NCBI GenBank assembly: GCA_009914755.4
Contig: CP086569.2
Coordinates: 15,808,001-15,872,000 of the forward strand
From: the human T2T-CHM13v2.0 reference genome, Homo sapiens
DNA: 64,000 nt
Direction: 5' to 3'
Under the pieces are notes generated by a model, which searched no databases, had not been told where the DNA came from, and worked only from the letters and a program-made list of their open reading frames with translations. Positions 1 through 18,181 of this stretch are shown here, piece after piece. The position numbers and the translations under genes were made by a program. The first letter of the stretch is position 1. Each line of letters begins with the position of its first letter.

Positions 1-629
1 TGAGCCACAATGGTAATTTTTGCTTAGGACATCAATTAAAGAAATCTTTCTTTAACACTAACATATATTTTACATCAAAAGGAAAAGAATACAATGTTGG
101 AAGCTTGGGAATATCACTGGAACACAAGTGCTCTGAAAGTCCAGAGCCCTGCAGGTTGCAAATCACTGAACAGAACATGGATAATTTAATACAATTGCAG
201 GCAGCATTCCCAGGGTTCATCATTTCTCTGCTCTCCACTGAAAACACAGTGAGAGGGGAAAAAATTAGGTGGCATCAGTACAAAATATTATGCAAACACT
301 AACAGGTATATTTAATATACCTGTTGGATACATACATTATTGTGATGTGAGGCATTGCTGTTTGGTGGTGGGAGAACAGATTTGGACTTTAAACACTTAT
401 ACACTTAAAGAGCCATTTTTTTTTTTTTATCATACAAAGAATTACCCATATGAATAAGGTCACCAAAATGTTGGTCAAAGAAGGAAAACCTGATGAAAGA
501 AGACAAAAAAGCCCACTGATTCTGAAGAGTAGGCTCACTACTTCCTCATATTTATTTAGACATGTCAATTTGGATATATAAGAATATATTTTTAAATGTA
601 TTATTTCTGTCTTCTAAAGAACTGTGTCC

Positions 630-1180
630 GGAGTTTTTTCCTTTGGGTGGGTTCTTAGTCTTGCTGACATCAAGAATGAAGCCGGGACCTTCGCGGTGAA
701 TGTTACAGCTCTTAAAGATGGTGTGTCTGGAGTTTGTTCCTTCAGATGTCTCTGGAGTTGGTTCCTTCAAGTGGGTTCGTGATCTGGCTGACTCAAGAAT
801 GAAGCCGAGCATGTCCGCAGCAAGTGTTACAGCTCTTAAAGGTGGTGCTGACCCAAAGAGTGAGCAGCAGCAAGATGTATTGTGAAGAGCAAAAGAACAA
901 AGCTTCCACAGTGTGGAAGAGGACCCTAGCGGGTTGTGATGCTGGCTGGGGTGGCCCCCTTTTACTCCCTTATTTGTCCTGGCTCACTTCCTGCTGATTG
1001 GTCCATTTTAGAGTGCTGATTGGTGTGATTACAAACCTTTATCTAGACACAGAGTGCTGATTCGCGCATTTACAATCCTCTTGTAAGACAGAAAAGTTTT
1101 CCAAGTCCCCATGTGACACAGAAGTCCAGCTAGCTTCACCTCTCGGAACCAATATATAAATTACAATCCTTCAGGGTTAA
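630..1180 (+). mobile_element. LTR12-family (HERV9-type LTR) fragment, truncated
   Basis: Tandem internal motifs 'gaatgaagcc...gtgaatgttacagctcttaaag' (x2), 'agtgagcagcagcaagatgtattgtgaagagcaaaagaacaaagcttccacag', and repeated 'gctgattggtg...ttacaa(a/t)cc' units match my memory of the LTR12 consensus. The 3' end is truncated before the U5 region. Confidence 0.4.
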
Positions 1181-1214
1181 TATTTGAATGGTCTTGGGTT
1201 CAAATCCCAATCTT

Positions 1215-1526
1215 GGCTGGACACGAGTCTCACACCTGTAATCCCAGCACTTTGGGGGTCCGAGGCAGGCAGGTCACATGAGGTGAAAAGTTTGACACCA
1301 ACCTGGTCAACATGGTGAAACCCTGTGTCTACTAAAAATACAAAAATTAACAAATGTGGTGGTGTGTGCTTCTAGTCCCAACTACTAGGGAGGATGAGGC
1401 AGGAGAATCTCTTCTTTGGAGAGTTGGAGGTTGCAGTGAGCCAAGGTTGCACCACTGCACTCCACCTTGGGTGTCAGAATGAGACTACATCTAAATAAAT
1501 AAATAAATAAATAAATAATAAAAAAT
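1215..1526 (+). mobile_element. Alu SINE (full length) with (AAAT)n tail
   Basis: Has 'cacctgtaatcccagcactttggg...gtgaaaccctgtgtctactaaaaatacaaaaatta...gcagtgagcc...ccactgcactcc'. Ends in (aaat)n at 1488-1526. Confidence 0.9.
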
Positions 1527-1982
1527 ACCAATCTGGGCACTTACAAGCTGTGCATTCTTGGTCAAGTTACTAAATTCTTTTTATTTGGGGGGACCATTCT
1601 GAGAATTCGAGTTAACGAAGCTAACATTTTTGGCACAAAGGTGAGTATTTAATAAACAATAGCTCTTATACTGAGATTAAGTCATGGGGCCAGCAAAGGT
1701 TTCAAAATTCATCCCCAAACATAGCTTTTATGGTGCCCTCCACTGCCATGTATTAGTTTATCCATGCATTTATTTATTCACATATTTATAAAATAAGTTT
1801 AAACACTACCCTCTATTTAGCTTATAGATTATTAACAAATAGATGTATTTTAGGAGAGCACATTCTATTGGGACAGAAAGATGAAACATCTAACAGTGAA
1901 TTAGAGGACCTAGGGACTAGACTGGAGTGGAAGTGAGGATTCAAAATGATGCATGTCAATGGTAAATGTCTGCTAACAACCC

Positions 1983-2319
<337 letters not shown>

Positions 2320-3399
2320 TTACCTAGTATCAGAAGTGGCATCCCAACACTTTTCCCATATCCTATCTTTTAGAAGCACAACACTAAAGCCATACCAAGA
2401 CAGGGGGTCTCTTGTGCCTCCTCATTCTATTTCCAAGAAGTTGCCTGTTGCCTCACTCAAGGATCAGCAAAATAAATATGTGTTGGTTGACTAAATGTAT
2501 GTAAATCTGGAATTAAGGCAGGATGCAAGTGCTGGTATCTATGGGATAATAATAATGATGATGAAAATGGTAATGATAACAATTATATAACACTTACTAG
2601 GAGCCAGTCATTGTTCTAAACATTTTATATCTTTACTCTTCTAATCCCCACAAGAGTCCTGTGAGGGAGTTAGTACATTATTCAGATTTTGCAGATGAGA
2701 ACAATGAGAAACAACAAGGTTGAGTCACAGGCTTAAAGTCACCCTACTAGATGCCTTGAATTTGTGATGTGAACTCCCAGAGGTTTTCACTCAATATCTG
2801 TAAACTTAACCAATACCAACTCTCATGAATAGAGCAAGATTCTAAGATATTTTAATAGTAAATAAACAACTCAAAAATATAAATGTTCTTAGCTGCCCTA
2901 ATATAAATACAACATTTAAATAAATACTGTTTCACTTTAAAGAATTTCCCCTTTAGAAAATTTAAAAGAAAACAAAAACAATCAAAGTCACACATACAAG
3001 GAACTCTATGAAACTTTCCCTTCACACCTCCAAATGAGGCAAGTCCACTGAGATCCTGTGATATGTGTTTCTCATGTCCTTTGCTTCCCTTTTCTAACTA
3101 TAGCAATTTGTCCCATCTTAGTATCTCTCAGAAGTTAATCTATAACTCTTTTTGTCCTTTATATGGGAGACAGAGAATTTTGTTAAGAAAGTACCAGAGT
3201 ATCTAGTCAATCTTGGGGAAAGTAGGGCAGATTGGCTTAAAGTTCAACATTGAGAATCTGTGGTCTGTGGTCTATCTCCTGGAACAAACATTTTATTACT
3301 TTTAAAACATTAGCTAGTGAGTTAATCTGCTGAAGCTTCAGTTTCCTCCATCTGAATGTTGCTGTGACATTTAGTTCTCAAAATGCACCTATAAACCCC

Positions 3400-3990
3400 C
3401 CAGCAACTAAACATAGAGTGACTAAATGACATAGAAATACCACTCCAGAGTTATATACCCCAAAAGATTTAAAGACAGAAACTCAGATACTTGTAAGCCA
3501 ATGCCCTTTGCAGCAGCATTCACAATGACCAGAAGGTAGACAAAACCCTCATATCTATAGACAGACAAATGGATAAACAAATTGTGTTGTTTATGCAGTG
3601 GAATATTATTCAGCCATAAAAAGGAAGGGAGCTCAGATATCTTTTACAACATAGATGAGCCTTGATGACATGCTAAATGAAATAAGTCAACCACAAAAGG
3701 ACACATATTGTCCAGTTCCACTTATATGAGGTACCTGGAGTAGTCAAATTTATAGAGACAGAAAGTACAATAATGGGTGCCAGGTGCTGGGGGAGGGGAA
3801 AAATGAACAGTTACTGTGTTATGGGTACAGAATGATAAAACTATTTTTCAAAATAGAGAGTGGTGTTGGCTGCATCACAGTGTAAACATAATTAATGTCA
3901 CCGAATTGCACTCTTAAAAGTGGTAGAAAATGCTATATATAAAATTAGCAATTTCAAACCCTTATATGTATATATTTATTTTATATTATT
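3400..3990 (+). mobile_element. Old L1 (L1M-type) 3' fragment
   Basis: Shows the ORF2 C-terminal/3'UTR-like sequence 'cattcacaatgaccagaag...atggataaacaaattgtg...tggaatattattcagccataaaaagga...gaaataagtcaaccacaaaagga', typical of diverged L1 3' ends. Confidence 0.5.
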
Positions 3991-4658
3991 TATTATATAG
4001 TGTTATATAAAATATGATTGTATATATAATTTAAATAAAACTAGATCCACCTAAGCATGTCATCAATTGCAGTTGTTAACATTCCTAAATGTAGGTGGAC
4101 AATCCATATGATACTAAAAAACGAGGGTGAAAAATGGCTAAGAAGAGCAATGAATTATTTAAATGAATGTTAATTAAACATCTGGGTTAGAGATGTCACC
4201 CAATAATGGCTCATTTTGCTGTGGTCTTACACAGTAAAGAAAAGCATGGTTCTTAAGTCATAAAATGCACTTGTTCTCCTGGCCCACCTAAGCCCCTGGT
4301 TTTATGACAGCAAGAGAAGTACAGCCAGCCAGGTGTGCTGGAAAGACATTGCATGAATAAATTACAGTGTGTTGCTTATTGGGACTTTTGTCAGAAGGAA
4401 GACCAAACATGAAGGAGGGAAGTGAATTTAAAAGGTTCCAACTGTGTTGTTGGTCTTTTCCATGAACTTAAAAGTGGCTTAACTGGAGTCATGTTCGTTG
4501 CTTCCTAAGTGGGCCAGGGATGTTAGCACCTCTCTTTCTCCACTTTGGCTGCATGATTGAATCATCTAGAAAGATTTTGCAAAGCCTCATGTCTAAGCTC
4601 ATCCAGGACCAGTTAAGCCACAGTCATAGGGATTAAAAGCCCGTCCTTAGTATTTTTA

Positions 4659-5065
<407 letters not shown>

Positions 5066-6291
5066 GATGCTATATGCAGCCATCATTGAGAATTGCCATA
5101 GTCGATGCCAATAATGTCAAGTTGCTGGGTGATAAACTCAAAATCTACTTAAATATTTTAATTGTAAAAATAATCTCAAAATCTGTTATGTGACATTAAA
5201 TCCAGTTACATTTAAGTCACCTACCAAAGAAAAAATAAAATAAAAGTCCTTTTCCAATGCTAGCTTTAATATTGTTTTGTTTTGGGAGCTGGAGATTAGA
5301 ACCTGTTTAATTTGAAAATAGTGTAAGTTATATTTTCTTGTAAGTATATGTCACACAATTCAGGGTTCAGATCTTAAATTTTTGTAACTCTTCAGACTTT
5401 TATAAAAATCCAGGAATTTATTTCATTATAAAAAAATTGTTCAGTCTTGATTGATTCTTTTTTTATGTCCAATTTATCAGCATGTTTCCTTAAGTGTTGT
5501 TGCATCCAACCAAATCACTCTTCACAGAGTCCCTTTACTTTTTATTGCTACATCCTGCCTATGGGATACTTAAGCATCACTCCAAGGCCCTGTGGTCTGT
5601 AGAGATCCAAAGGGTAGGCCTACTGTTGATTTATATAGCAGTACTTGAAATGATAAACTTCCTGCCATAACTAAATTGGGCACTAGTTATTTTGTATCCA
5701 ATTATGCCCTTACTTGAAACCAATGGATTTTCTAGATAGAGGAACTTTGGCAAATCATGTTATATTATGAATCTCTTGTTCCAGTGTCTGACATATATGA
5801 GAATTTGATGTGGGAGTAGAAAAGAAAAATCTACAATGTATGATTTCTCTGCTCTCTGGAAGTAAAAGTCCAATGTATAAAGTTAGACAAATTGCACATT
5901 TATGAGTGGAGGGACTTTGTCCTCTGAGATAGAGGGCTGAATAGAAAAAGAAGAAAGATTGACAGAGATAGAAGAAAGAGGAAAGAGACAGCAAGAGAAA
6001 AAGGAGGAGGAGGAAGAGGAGTGGAGACAAAGAGAACAGGTGATCCAGTGGAATTCTTACACTTAGTACACAGTGTAAATAACCACATGCTGAAGGAAAG
6101 TGAACAGATAAAAGAGAGAAGCAACTCTAATTCAAAAACAACATTGAACTTAGGAAGCACAGTTAATTGAGTAAGTTATAAAGTTTATCAGAAATATATG
6201 AATGATCCTCAAATGTTTGATGTGATGTTACCTTCCTTAAATAAATAGTATTTTAAAAATAATCTAAAGATTTAAAAATTTGTCCTGAGTC

Positions 6292-6295
<4 letters not shown>

Positions 6296-6322
<27 letters not shown>

Positions 6323-6335
6323 ACAAGAAAAAAGA
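6296..6335. repeat. (AAAAC)n microsatellite
   Basis: aaaacaaaacaaaacaaaacaaaacaaaacaag. Confidence 0.9.
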
Positions 6336-6362
6336 GTAAAATGGAGTGTAAGTTTTTGCTGA

Positions 6363-6638
<276 letters not shown>

Positions 6639-7329
6639 TAATAGTCCTAGAAGGAGAAACTAGAATGTACAGTGGGGGTTAATTATTAGAGAATCAAATA
6701 ATATGCACTTCTGTAAAAATAAAGAAAAACATAAGGAATGGACTTAGTGTCTAGCATGATAAATATCTAAACAAATAAGCAAATCATATTGTTGTAGAAT
6801 TTCATAAATAGTGGAAAAACAGGTCCTCATATTGGAAAATTATCTACAAAACCACAAAATCAAATTGTCATTATATTTATTTTCTATGACACTACTAGCA
6901 TCTACGATGATGGAAAAATATGTTTAAAAAATTAAGGCAAAATAAAATATGGCAATGATAGTCCTTATTTTTTTCAAATTATTGATAACATTAAATAGTT
7001 TAATAATTTAAGGTATTTTAGTTTCCTACTACAGAATAAATCAAAGTAAATTCTCTGTCTCTCTCTCTCTCAAACACATACACAAACACTTTATTATTTT
7101 AGATCTATTAAATAACTCAATATGAAAACATTGAATATATAAAAATAATGAAAAAAGATGATATGTTATAATCTTTAAGATAGAGGAACTCCTCTTTTAA
7201 AACGCTTCAATAAAAAAACTACTCACTAAAATATTGAATCATTTGGTTACCTCAACATTAAAAATTCACAATAAACTACAGTTATATGTTGCTTAACATC
7301 AGAGCTCTCTTCTGATAAATGTGACATTA

Positions 7330-7630
7330 GGCAATTTCATCATGTTTGTGTGAACATGACAGAGTGTACTTACACAAATCTAGGTGGTATAGCCTACTAC
7401 ACACCTTGCCTATATGGTACAGCCTATTGCCCGGAGGCTACAAACCTATGCAAAATGTTACTATACTGAATATTGTAGGCAACCATAACACAGTGATAAA
7501 TATTTGTGTATCTAAACACAAAAAAGTTACAGTAGAAACATGGTTTCATAATCTCATGGGAAGAGTGTGGAATTGTGGCTATTCAATGACTAAAATATTG
7601 TTATGCAGTACATGACTGTATATCCAGAAT
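7330..7630. mobile_element. Possible DNA-transposon (Tigger/MER-like) terminal fragment
   Basis: 'ctaggtggtatagcctactacacacc...ctacaaacctatgcaaaatgttactatactgaatattgtaggcaaccataacacagtgataaatatttgtgtatctaaacacaaaaaagttacagtagaaaca' resembles a Tigger-type end as I recall it. The family is uncertain. Confidence 0.3.
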
Positions 7631-8084
7631 TTGTGTTTAAAAACCTCCTCACAACACAAAGGAAACCACTAATGAAAAAAATTATCAAAAGATTTGATCA
7701 ATTTATTCAGGATTGCAAAAATACAAATTAAATACTAAATACTAATTAACCTTATTACTAATAAGGGAAGCACAATTTTCTCTCATCATATTAGCAAACA
7801 CTTCAAAAGTTTGATAAAAATCAGGCCTGGAGTAGGGAGTTTAGTGCTCAGTATGAATGTAAATTTCCTGAATTTTTTTAGGTTAATTTGGCAGAAGCTA
7901 TTACAATAAAAAAAAATCAGTCTGTGATTTAGCAATTCTACTTCTCATGGCTCATTTTAGAAAAACATGCATCAAGAAGCATGTGCAAGGATGTGTTCCG
8001 TGGCTTTTCTTCTAACAGTACAGAGCTTGGAAGGACATAGACACCCACAGGAAGCACAGTGATAATATATGCAGTTAGACAGAT

Positions 8085-8230
8085 GGATAAATGAATAGAT
8101 AATGGATAGAGTTAGTGTAGATGAATAAATGGATATATATATAGTTAGATGTTAAAGAGATGGGTGGAAGGATGTATAGACAGATAAAAGATACATATAG
8201 AGATATACATTAGATAGATCAATAGAAATT
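8085..8230. repeat. GATA/GATG-rich low-complexity tract
   Basis: Repeated 'gatggataa', 'atagata' and 'tagatagatc' units. Confidence 0.6.
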
Positions 8231-10159
8231 TATAACTACATAAATGCTGCTCCAGCATGAGACATATCAAATTGATAGTGGCGTTTACTTTTAGAGAGGG
8301 AATTATAGTTGGACATGATTATTCAGTGTATCTTAGTATTATCTGTATTTTGGAAACTTTCAAAAACAGAATCGATCCATGTATTACTTGCTAAATTAAA
8401 AGTTTACTTTGATAAAGATCATACTTGATCAAGTCCACCATGAAAAAAAAAAAAAACTTACATCAAATCTATGAGGATTTATGTGCTGCATAAGCAAAAC
8501 TTAGGAACTCTGCAATGGAGAGAGACTCAATCTGTTAGACTGGGATCTGCAGAGAAACAGAACCAAAGAAGTTTCTTGGGAGGCATGGGTTCATGTGACT
8601 GTAGCGGCTGGCACACCCAAAAGCTATAGGGCAAGGCTTCTGGCTGGGGATTCAGGAATGAAGTGATGCTGCAGTCTTGAGGCGGAATTTCTTATTGTTC
8701 ACAAAACCTGTTTTTGCTCTTAAGGACTTTCAACTATTGTTGATGAGACTCACTCCCATTATCCTCTTAAAGTCAACCGATTGTGGTTGTTAATGACATC
8801 TACAAAATACTTTCACAGCCAAAGCTATGCTAATGTTTGATTAAGGAGCTAAGTGCTATGGCCATGTCGAACTGATACATAAAACTAATGTCTCATGCAG
8901 CGTACTCCTGCTCCAGTAAAGCACTGATGATTCCAGATTGGGGCATAACGAATTAGAATCTCCATAGCACCAAGATGATCTGATTCCCATTGTTTCCGTT
9001 TTATTCTCTTTGAACACAGCTGCGATTACAGCATCAACACTCCAATTATTTTGAATATGTGTAAAGTTCACGGAAGGACATTTTGTTGGGTATGCACCTC
9101 TCCTCCACGTTTAATTTCTGTGTGAGTTCTCTCTTCCCTTCCACTCACGGTGGCATCTGAGGAAGTGCAGGGTTAAGAACAAAGTCAGTTTTTTAGACTT
9201 GCAACCTGGAAGTCAGAACCAGGACCCTGGAGACATCATTAAGATATTATCATTTTTATGTGGATCCTTGGATGCCAATCATGCTTCAATTACAACATGC
9301 TTCAAGAAACTCACTTATATCACCACTTGAGACATGGAGGCAGATTATGTCCTCCTACTAAGTAGTTAAATCTTACTTGTTAACATGGAAATGTTAATAT
9401 TCCCAGAAAAAAAACTTATTTGATACTTGAGAAATTAATTCCTTAAATTTTTCTCTTTTTTTTTTGTTTCAACATTTAACCATTCATGTCTGATCCTTCT
9501 TATCTCAGTTTTGAATGATTTAGTCTGCAACCCCATGACACCACTTTTTGTGAATTCGTGCTACTTTGAAATTTCTCTACAGTACGCAAATGACACACCA
9601 CAATTCAACATTTTATCACTAGATTTCTGAGAAGAGCCACGTCATTGACAGATAGACCCTACCACCTGATTTTTATATATTTTTTAAAATTGGTGAAATT
9701 TGAATTATTTTTATTTTTTCTTAGTTTGCATTGATACTTTTATAATAAGAGTATTCTCCTCTTAGACATACTACCTGATATTGACATAGGTTAATGTCAT
9801 ACTACCTGATGTTGATATAGGTTTATGTTTCAACCTTGAACAAGAGTCAAGAGTAAATTTTCAAATTTTGATTATTTCATAAAACAGATATATTAGTGCA
9901 ATAATATTTCCTTTTCAAATGGCAGGGAACAAATCATTTTTCTTTTTTTTCTTTTTATTATACTTTAAGTTTTAGGGTACATGTGCACATTGTGCAGGTT
10001 AGTTATATAGGTATACTTGTCCCATACTGGTGCATTGCACCCACTAACTCATCATCTAGCATTAGGTATATCTCCCAATGCTATCCCTCGCCCCTCCCCT
10101 CAACCCACAACAGTCCCCAGTGTGATATTCCCCTTCCTGTGTCCATGTGATCTCATTGT

Positions 10160-13805
<3,646 letters not shown>

Positions 13806-14039
13806 CTTTTTGTTTTGAGCCTATGGGTGTCTCTGCACGTGAGTTGGGTGTCCTGAATACAGCACACTGATGGGTCTTGACTCTATTCAATTTGCCAGTT
13901 TGTGTCTTTTAATTGGAACATTTAGTCCATTTACATTTAAGGTTAATATTGTTATGTGTGAATTTGATCCAGTCATTACGACGTTAGCTGGTTATTTTGC
14001 TCATTAATTGATTCAGTTTCTTCCTAGCCTCAATCATCT

Positions 14040-14432
14040 TTACAATTTGGCATGTTTTTGCAGTGGCTCATACCAGTTGTTCCTTTTCATGTTTAGTGCT
14101 TCCTTCAGGAGCTCTTTTAGGGCAGGCCTGGTGGTGACAAAATCTCCCAGCATTTGCTTGTCTATAAAGGATTTTATTTCTCCTTCACTCATGAAGCTTA
14201 GTTTGGCTGGATATGAAATTCTGGGTTGAAACTTCTTTTCTTTAAGAATGTTGAATGTTGGACCCCACTCTCCTCTGGCTTGTAGAGTTTCTGCTGAGAG
14301 ATCAGCTGTTAGTCTGATGGGATTCCCTTTGTGGGTAACCTGACCTTTCTCTCTGGCTGCCCTTAACATTTTTTCCTTCATTTCAACTTTGGTGAATCTG
14401 AGAATTATGTGTCTTGGAGTTGCTCTTCTCAA
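14040..14432 (-). pseudogene. L1 ORF1 C-terminal remnant
   Basis: The 130 aa 'MRRATPRHIILRFTKVEMKEKMLRAAREKGQVTHKGNPIRLTADLSAETLQARGEWGPTFNILKEKKFQPRISYPAKLSF...' is the ORF1p C-terminal domain. Confidence 0.85.
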
Positions 14433-15877
14433 GGAGTATATTTATGGTGTTCTCTGTATTTCCTGAATTTGAATATTGACCTGCCTTGCTAGATTGGGGA
14501 AGTTCTCCTGGATAATATGCTTCAGAGTGTTTTCCAACTTGGTTCCCATTTATGATTTCTTGATATAAGCAGAAAATAATTGCAGCGTTCTGAAACAAAT
14601 AATTGCAGAGTTCTGAAAACTTAGTCTTTAAGGTTTTTGGGGGACGTATTGAAGGTAAGCTCCTTGGAGCCCAAGAAGAGTCAGCTGCCTAATATCTGGA
14701 AGCTTGGCCTTATCTCGAAAGGAATGCCAGACAGGCTAATTACTCCCCTGTAAGAAAGTGAAATTGTTCAATTCCCAAGAGGCTGCTATGCTATTTGTAT
14801 CAGTGAGCTATTTGAGAGTGCCATTAGTATTGGGAAGGCACTTTTGATTTTTACCAGCCCCATACATTCCTCTCTTATCAGCTTCATAATCCAGTCCTTA
14901 TCTCTGATCAGTGGACAGAGAATAACAAAGTCCCAGAGAACAGCCAGCAATGAAAACAATTTATATTCTTCAAAGAAAGTAAAAGTATGTGATTCTATCT
15001 GTACCCTCAGATAGAAGCTTAAATATAAAATTTGTGAAATTGTATAAATCTCCCTTAAATGGCACTGTATTTATCAATTTAGATTGTTTTTAAAAATGGC
15101 CTCTTCAATTAAGGATTTTTTAGGCAGATAATGACCTTCCTATTGCTATTTAGTGGAATTGTAGACTATGACTCAACTATATATACTAAACATAAGACCT
15201 TAAAAGCCCCAAGCATACATTTGAATGGGTTTTTCCCTAAAATATTATAGATTAAACAACAAAAACCAAATAACAACTAATCATCTTTGCCATAGGTATT
15301 CCTGTGGCAGGTATTCCTGCTATATTCAAAGTCAATTTGCTGCCCTTGTAATTCATGGATTTCTCAAAAAGAATAAAATCATATAATATATAATATATAT
15401 TTTCCATTATATCTGTTAAATAAATATTAAATGTTATATGTTACATATGTGTATATATATATTTACACTTAAATATGTTTACCCTAAGGCACTTTTACGG
15501 TAGGAAGTTTCAAATAGAAGAGGTCCTATTTGAAATTAATCATAGATATTTACTTTTATTTTGTCTTCCAAAGCACTATAGACTATTTGATTCTTTCTGA
15601 AGTCATCAATATTATTTTTGTCTAAAGACTTCAGAAAGCCAGATTGTCTCTCAAAAACAATTTATTTCTCGTTTGCTTGCCTGGATATTTTCTAATTCCA
15701 TCCTTAACCTTTTATATCAGTTAAAGTTGATTTTTTTACTTGCTTTTTTGTCTTTCAGATACTAAATTGTACTCACAAAAGAACAGCAGATAATATATGG
15801 AAAGCACAAAGAAAAAACATGTTGAATAGTTTTATGATTACTTTCAGCAATACAAATGGCTGTGGAAAGTATTTTAA

Positions 15878-16161
15878 GGCTGGGCATAGTGGCTCAGTCT
15901 TGTAATCCCAGGACTTTGGGAAGCTGAGCCTGGTGGATAATTTGAGGTCGGGAGTTGGAGACCAGCCTGGCCAACATGGCGAAACCCTGTCACTATAAAA
16001 ATACAAAAAATTACCCTGGTGTGGTGGCACACATCTGTAATCTTAGGTAGTCAGAACGCTGATGTAGAAGAATCCAGGAGGCAGAGGTTGCAGTCAGGTG
16101 GAATTGTGCCATTTCACTCCACTCCAGAGCGAGACTCTGCCTTAAGAAAAAAAAAAAAAAG
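15878..16161 (+). mobile_element. Alu SINE with poly(A)
   Basis: Has 'ggctgggcatagtggctcagtcttgtaatcccaggactttgggaagctgag...ggcgaaaccctgtcactataaaaatacaaaaaatta...cactccagagcgagactctgccttaagaaaaaaaaaaaaaag'. Confidence 0.9.
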
Positions 16162-17239
16162 AATAAGATTTAGGCTCCAAAGAGCATTCTTGAAATTTTG
16201 AATTAGTAGTTCAGCTTTTTCTTTTAATTGAATTAAAATGGATTAAGATAACTAGATAATACTAAATTTCCAGTCTACTTTGTGTTGTGTAATTGTTCTG
16301 AGACCTTTGTTTCTTGAAGTGTGAAAATAAATTAGTGACAATTGGACTGTGCATAGGCAAATAGCCAAATAAATGTGAAAATATAAATATATATGATGTG
16401 GTTAAGCTCCAGGAGATCAGATTGGTATTGCCACTGATGATTCTCTGAGATGAAAAAGCACAATGAAATTCATGTCATACACAAATTTATACAATAAATA
16501 TTTATGACATGGATGAGTAAGTGAATAAACAAAGACATGACTATTAAGACAAGAATCTTTTCTGGGCCAAAGAGTAATAATGTTCATTGTAAATTAAATG
16601 AAGAGACAAAACTACACACACAAAGGATATATAAATTAAACACACTTTACATCAGTTTTTCAATACAACATTGATGAGGTCCTACATGTGCTTCTTGAAC
16701 TATTTGAAAAAAACTAAACAACCAAGATGCAGTATATCATTGCATCTTATATTGTCCAAAATATCAATGACCTGATACCACTAGGCTAACTTAAATAGAG
16801 ATTCTATTCATACTCTAATGTGGTTAGATTTTCCTTCAATTACTATTTGAAATGTAATTTATTGCTTCATTTTATTTCCTAGTAAATCTTAATCTAGGAT
16901 GTAAGTTTTGATTTTAACTTGGCATGGCCAATATATTGCTAATTACAGAGATATGTGGATAGGATTTTGTCTTTAAAAATCTATAAGGTATATTAATATT
17001 CTGTGAATGATATTTTAAAACACATTACTAAACATAAATGGATTATTAAGTTATATATTGATATAATGCGGTTGGGAAATTTTATTAGATCAATATATGT
17101 TCAAAATACATATGAGTAAAGCTACAATCAAACTAAACAATATGAAGAATTGCATATTGGAAGTATCATTTGGCTTCTCCCCAGAAATAACACAATGTAA
17201 TTACTTTGTTAAGAAATGTTTTAGATAATAATATATTTT

Positions 17240-17589
17240 CTTTTTTCTTTTCTTATTTTTCTTATTTTTCTTTTTTTTTTTTTTTTGAGAAAGAGCCTCA
17301 CTCTGTTTCCAGGCTGGAGTGCAGCGGCATCATCTTGGCTCACTACAACCTCTGCCTCGCAAGTTCAAGCAAGCAATTCTCCTGCCTCAGGCTCCTGAGT
17401 AGCTGGGACTATAGGTGCATGCTTCCACATCCAGCTAAATTTTTTTTTTTTTTTTTTTTTTTGTATTTTAGTAGAGATGGGGTTTCACCATGTTGCCCAG
17501 GGTGGTCTTGATCTCCTGAGCTCAGGCAATCCTCCCACCTCAGCCTCCAAAAGTGCTAGGATTACAGGCATGAGCCACTGCACCTGGCC
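17240..17589 (-). mobile_element. Alu SINE (minus) with long poly(T) head
   Basis: Has 'ttttt...gagaaagagcctcactctgtttccaggctggagtgcagcggcatcatcttggctcac...gcctcagcctccaaaagtgctaggattacaggcatgagccactgcacctggcc'. Confidence 0.9.
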
Positions 17590-17894
17590 AATAGCTTATT
17601 TTCAAAGGAGATATTTTCTACTAATTTAAAAAGTGGAATGTCAAAGAGGTACTAGACAAAGCAAGCTCTCTGCAAAAAAAAAAAAAAAAAAAGTAGTTTA
17701 GGAGAGATAATTACTTGAATGATAATCATTATAAAAATAACCACAAATCGTCCAGTACTAGACACTTGGTGATTTCTCAAATATTTGATAGTGAAAACAA
17801 AGCCATTAGATCAGTAAATTCAGTGTTATTAGAATTATTCTTCTCTTAGTACTCAGGAACTGGAAACACTGAATCAAAGATGACTGTGTAAGTT

Positions 17895-18130
17895 GGAAGC
17901 AAAAAAGAAAGGAAGGAAGGAAGGAGAGAAGGAACAAGGGAAGGTAGGAAGGAGGGAGGCAGGGAGGGAGGAAGGGGGGAAGGAAGGAAGGAGGGAAGGG
18001 AGGGAGAAACAGGAGAGAGGGAGGGGGAGAGGGAAAAAGGAAGCGATGGGGTAGGAAGGAGGCAAGGGGTGAAAAACAGAGAAAGGAAGGAGGAAGGACC
18101 AGGGCAGGGAAGGAAGGATGAGGAAGAAAA
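17895..18130. repeat. Purine-rich (GGAA)n/(GGGA)n-like microsatellite
   Basis: 'gaaaggaaggaaggaaggagagaaggaacaagggaaggtaggaaggagggagg...' gives pyrimidine-rich minus-strand pseudo-ORFs (17806..18219 and others). Confidence 0.9.
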
Positions 18131-18181
18131 CATGAGCAATAGATGTCAAGAAACAAATTTCTTTTGCATCTTGTTACACCC

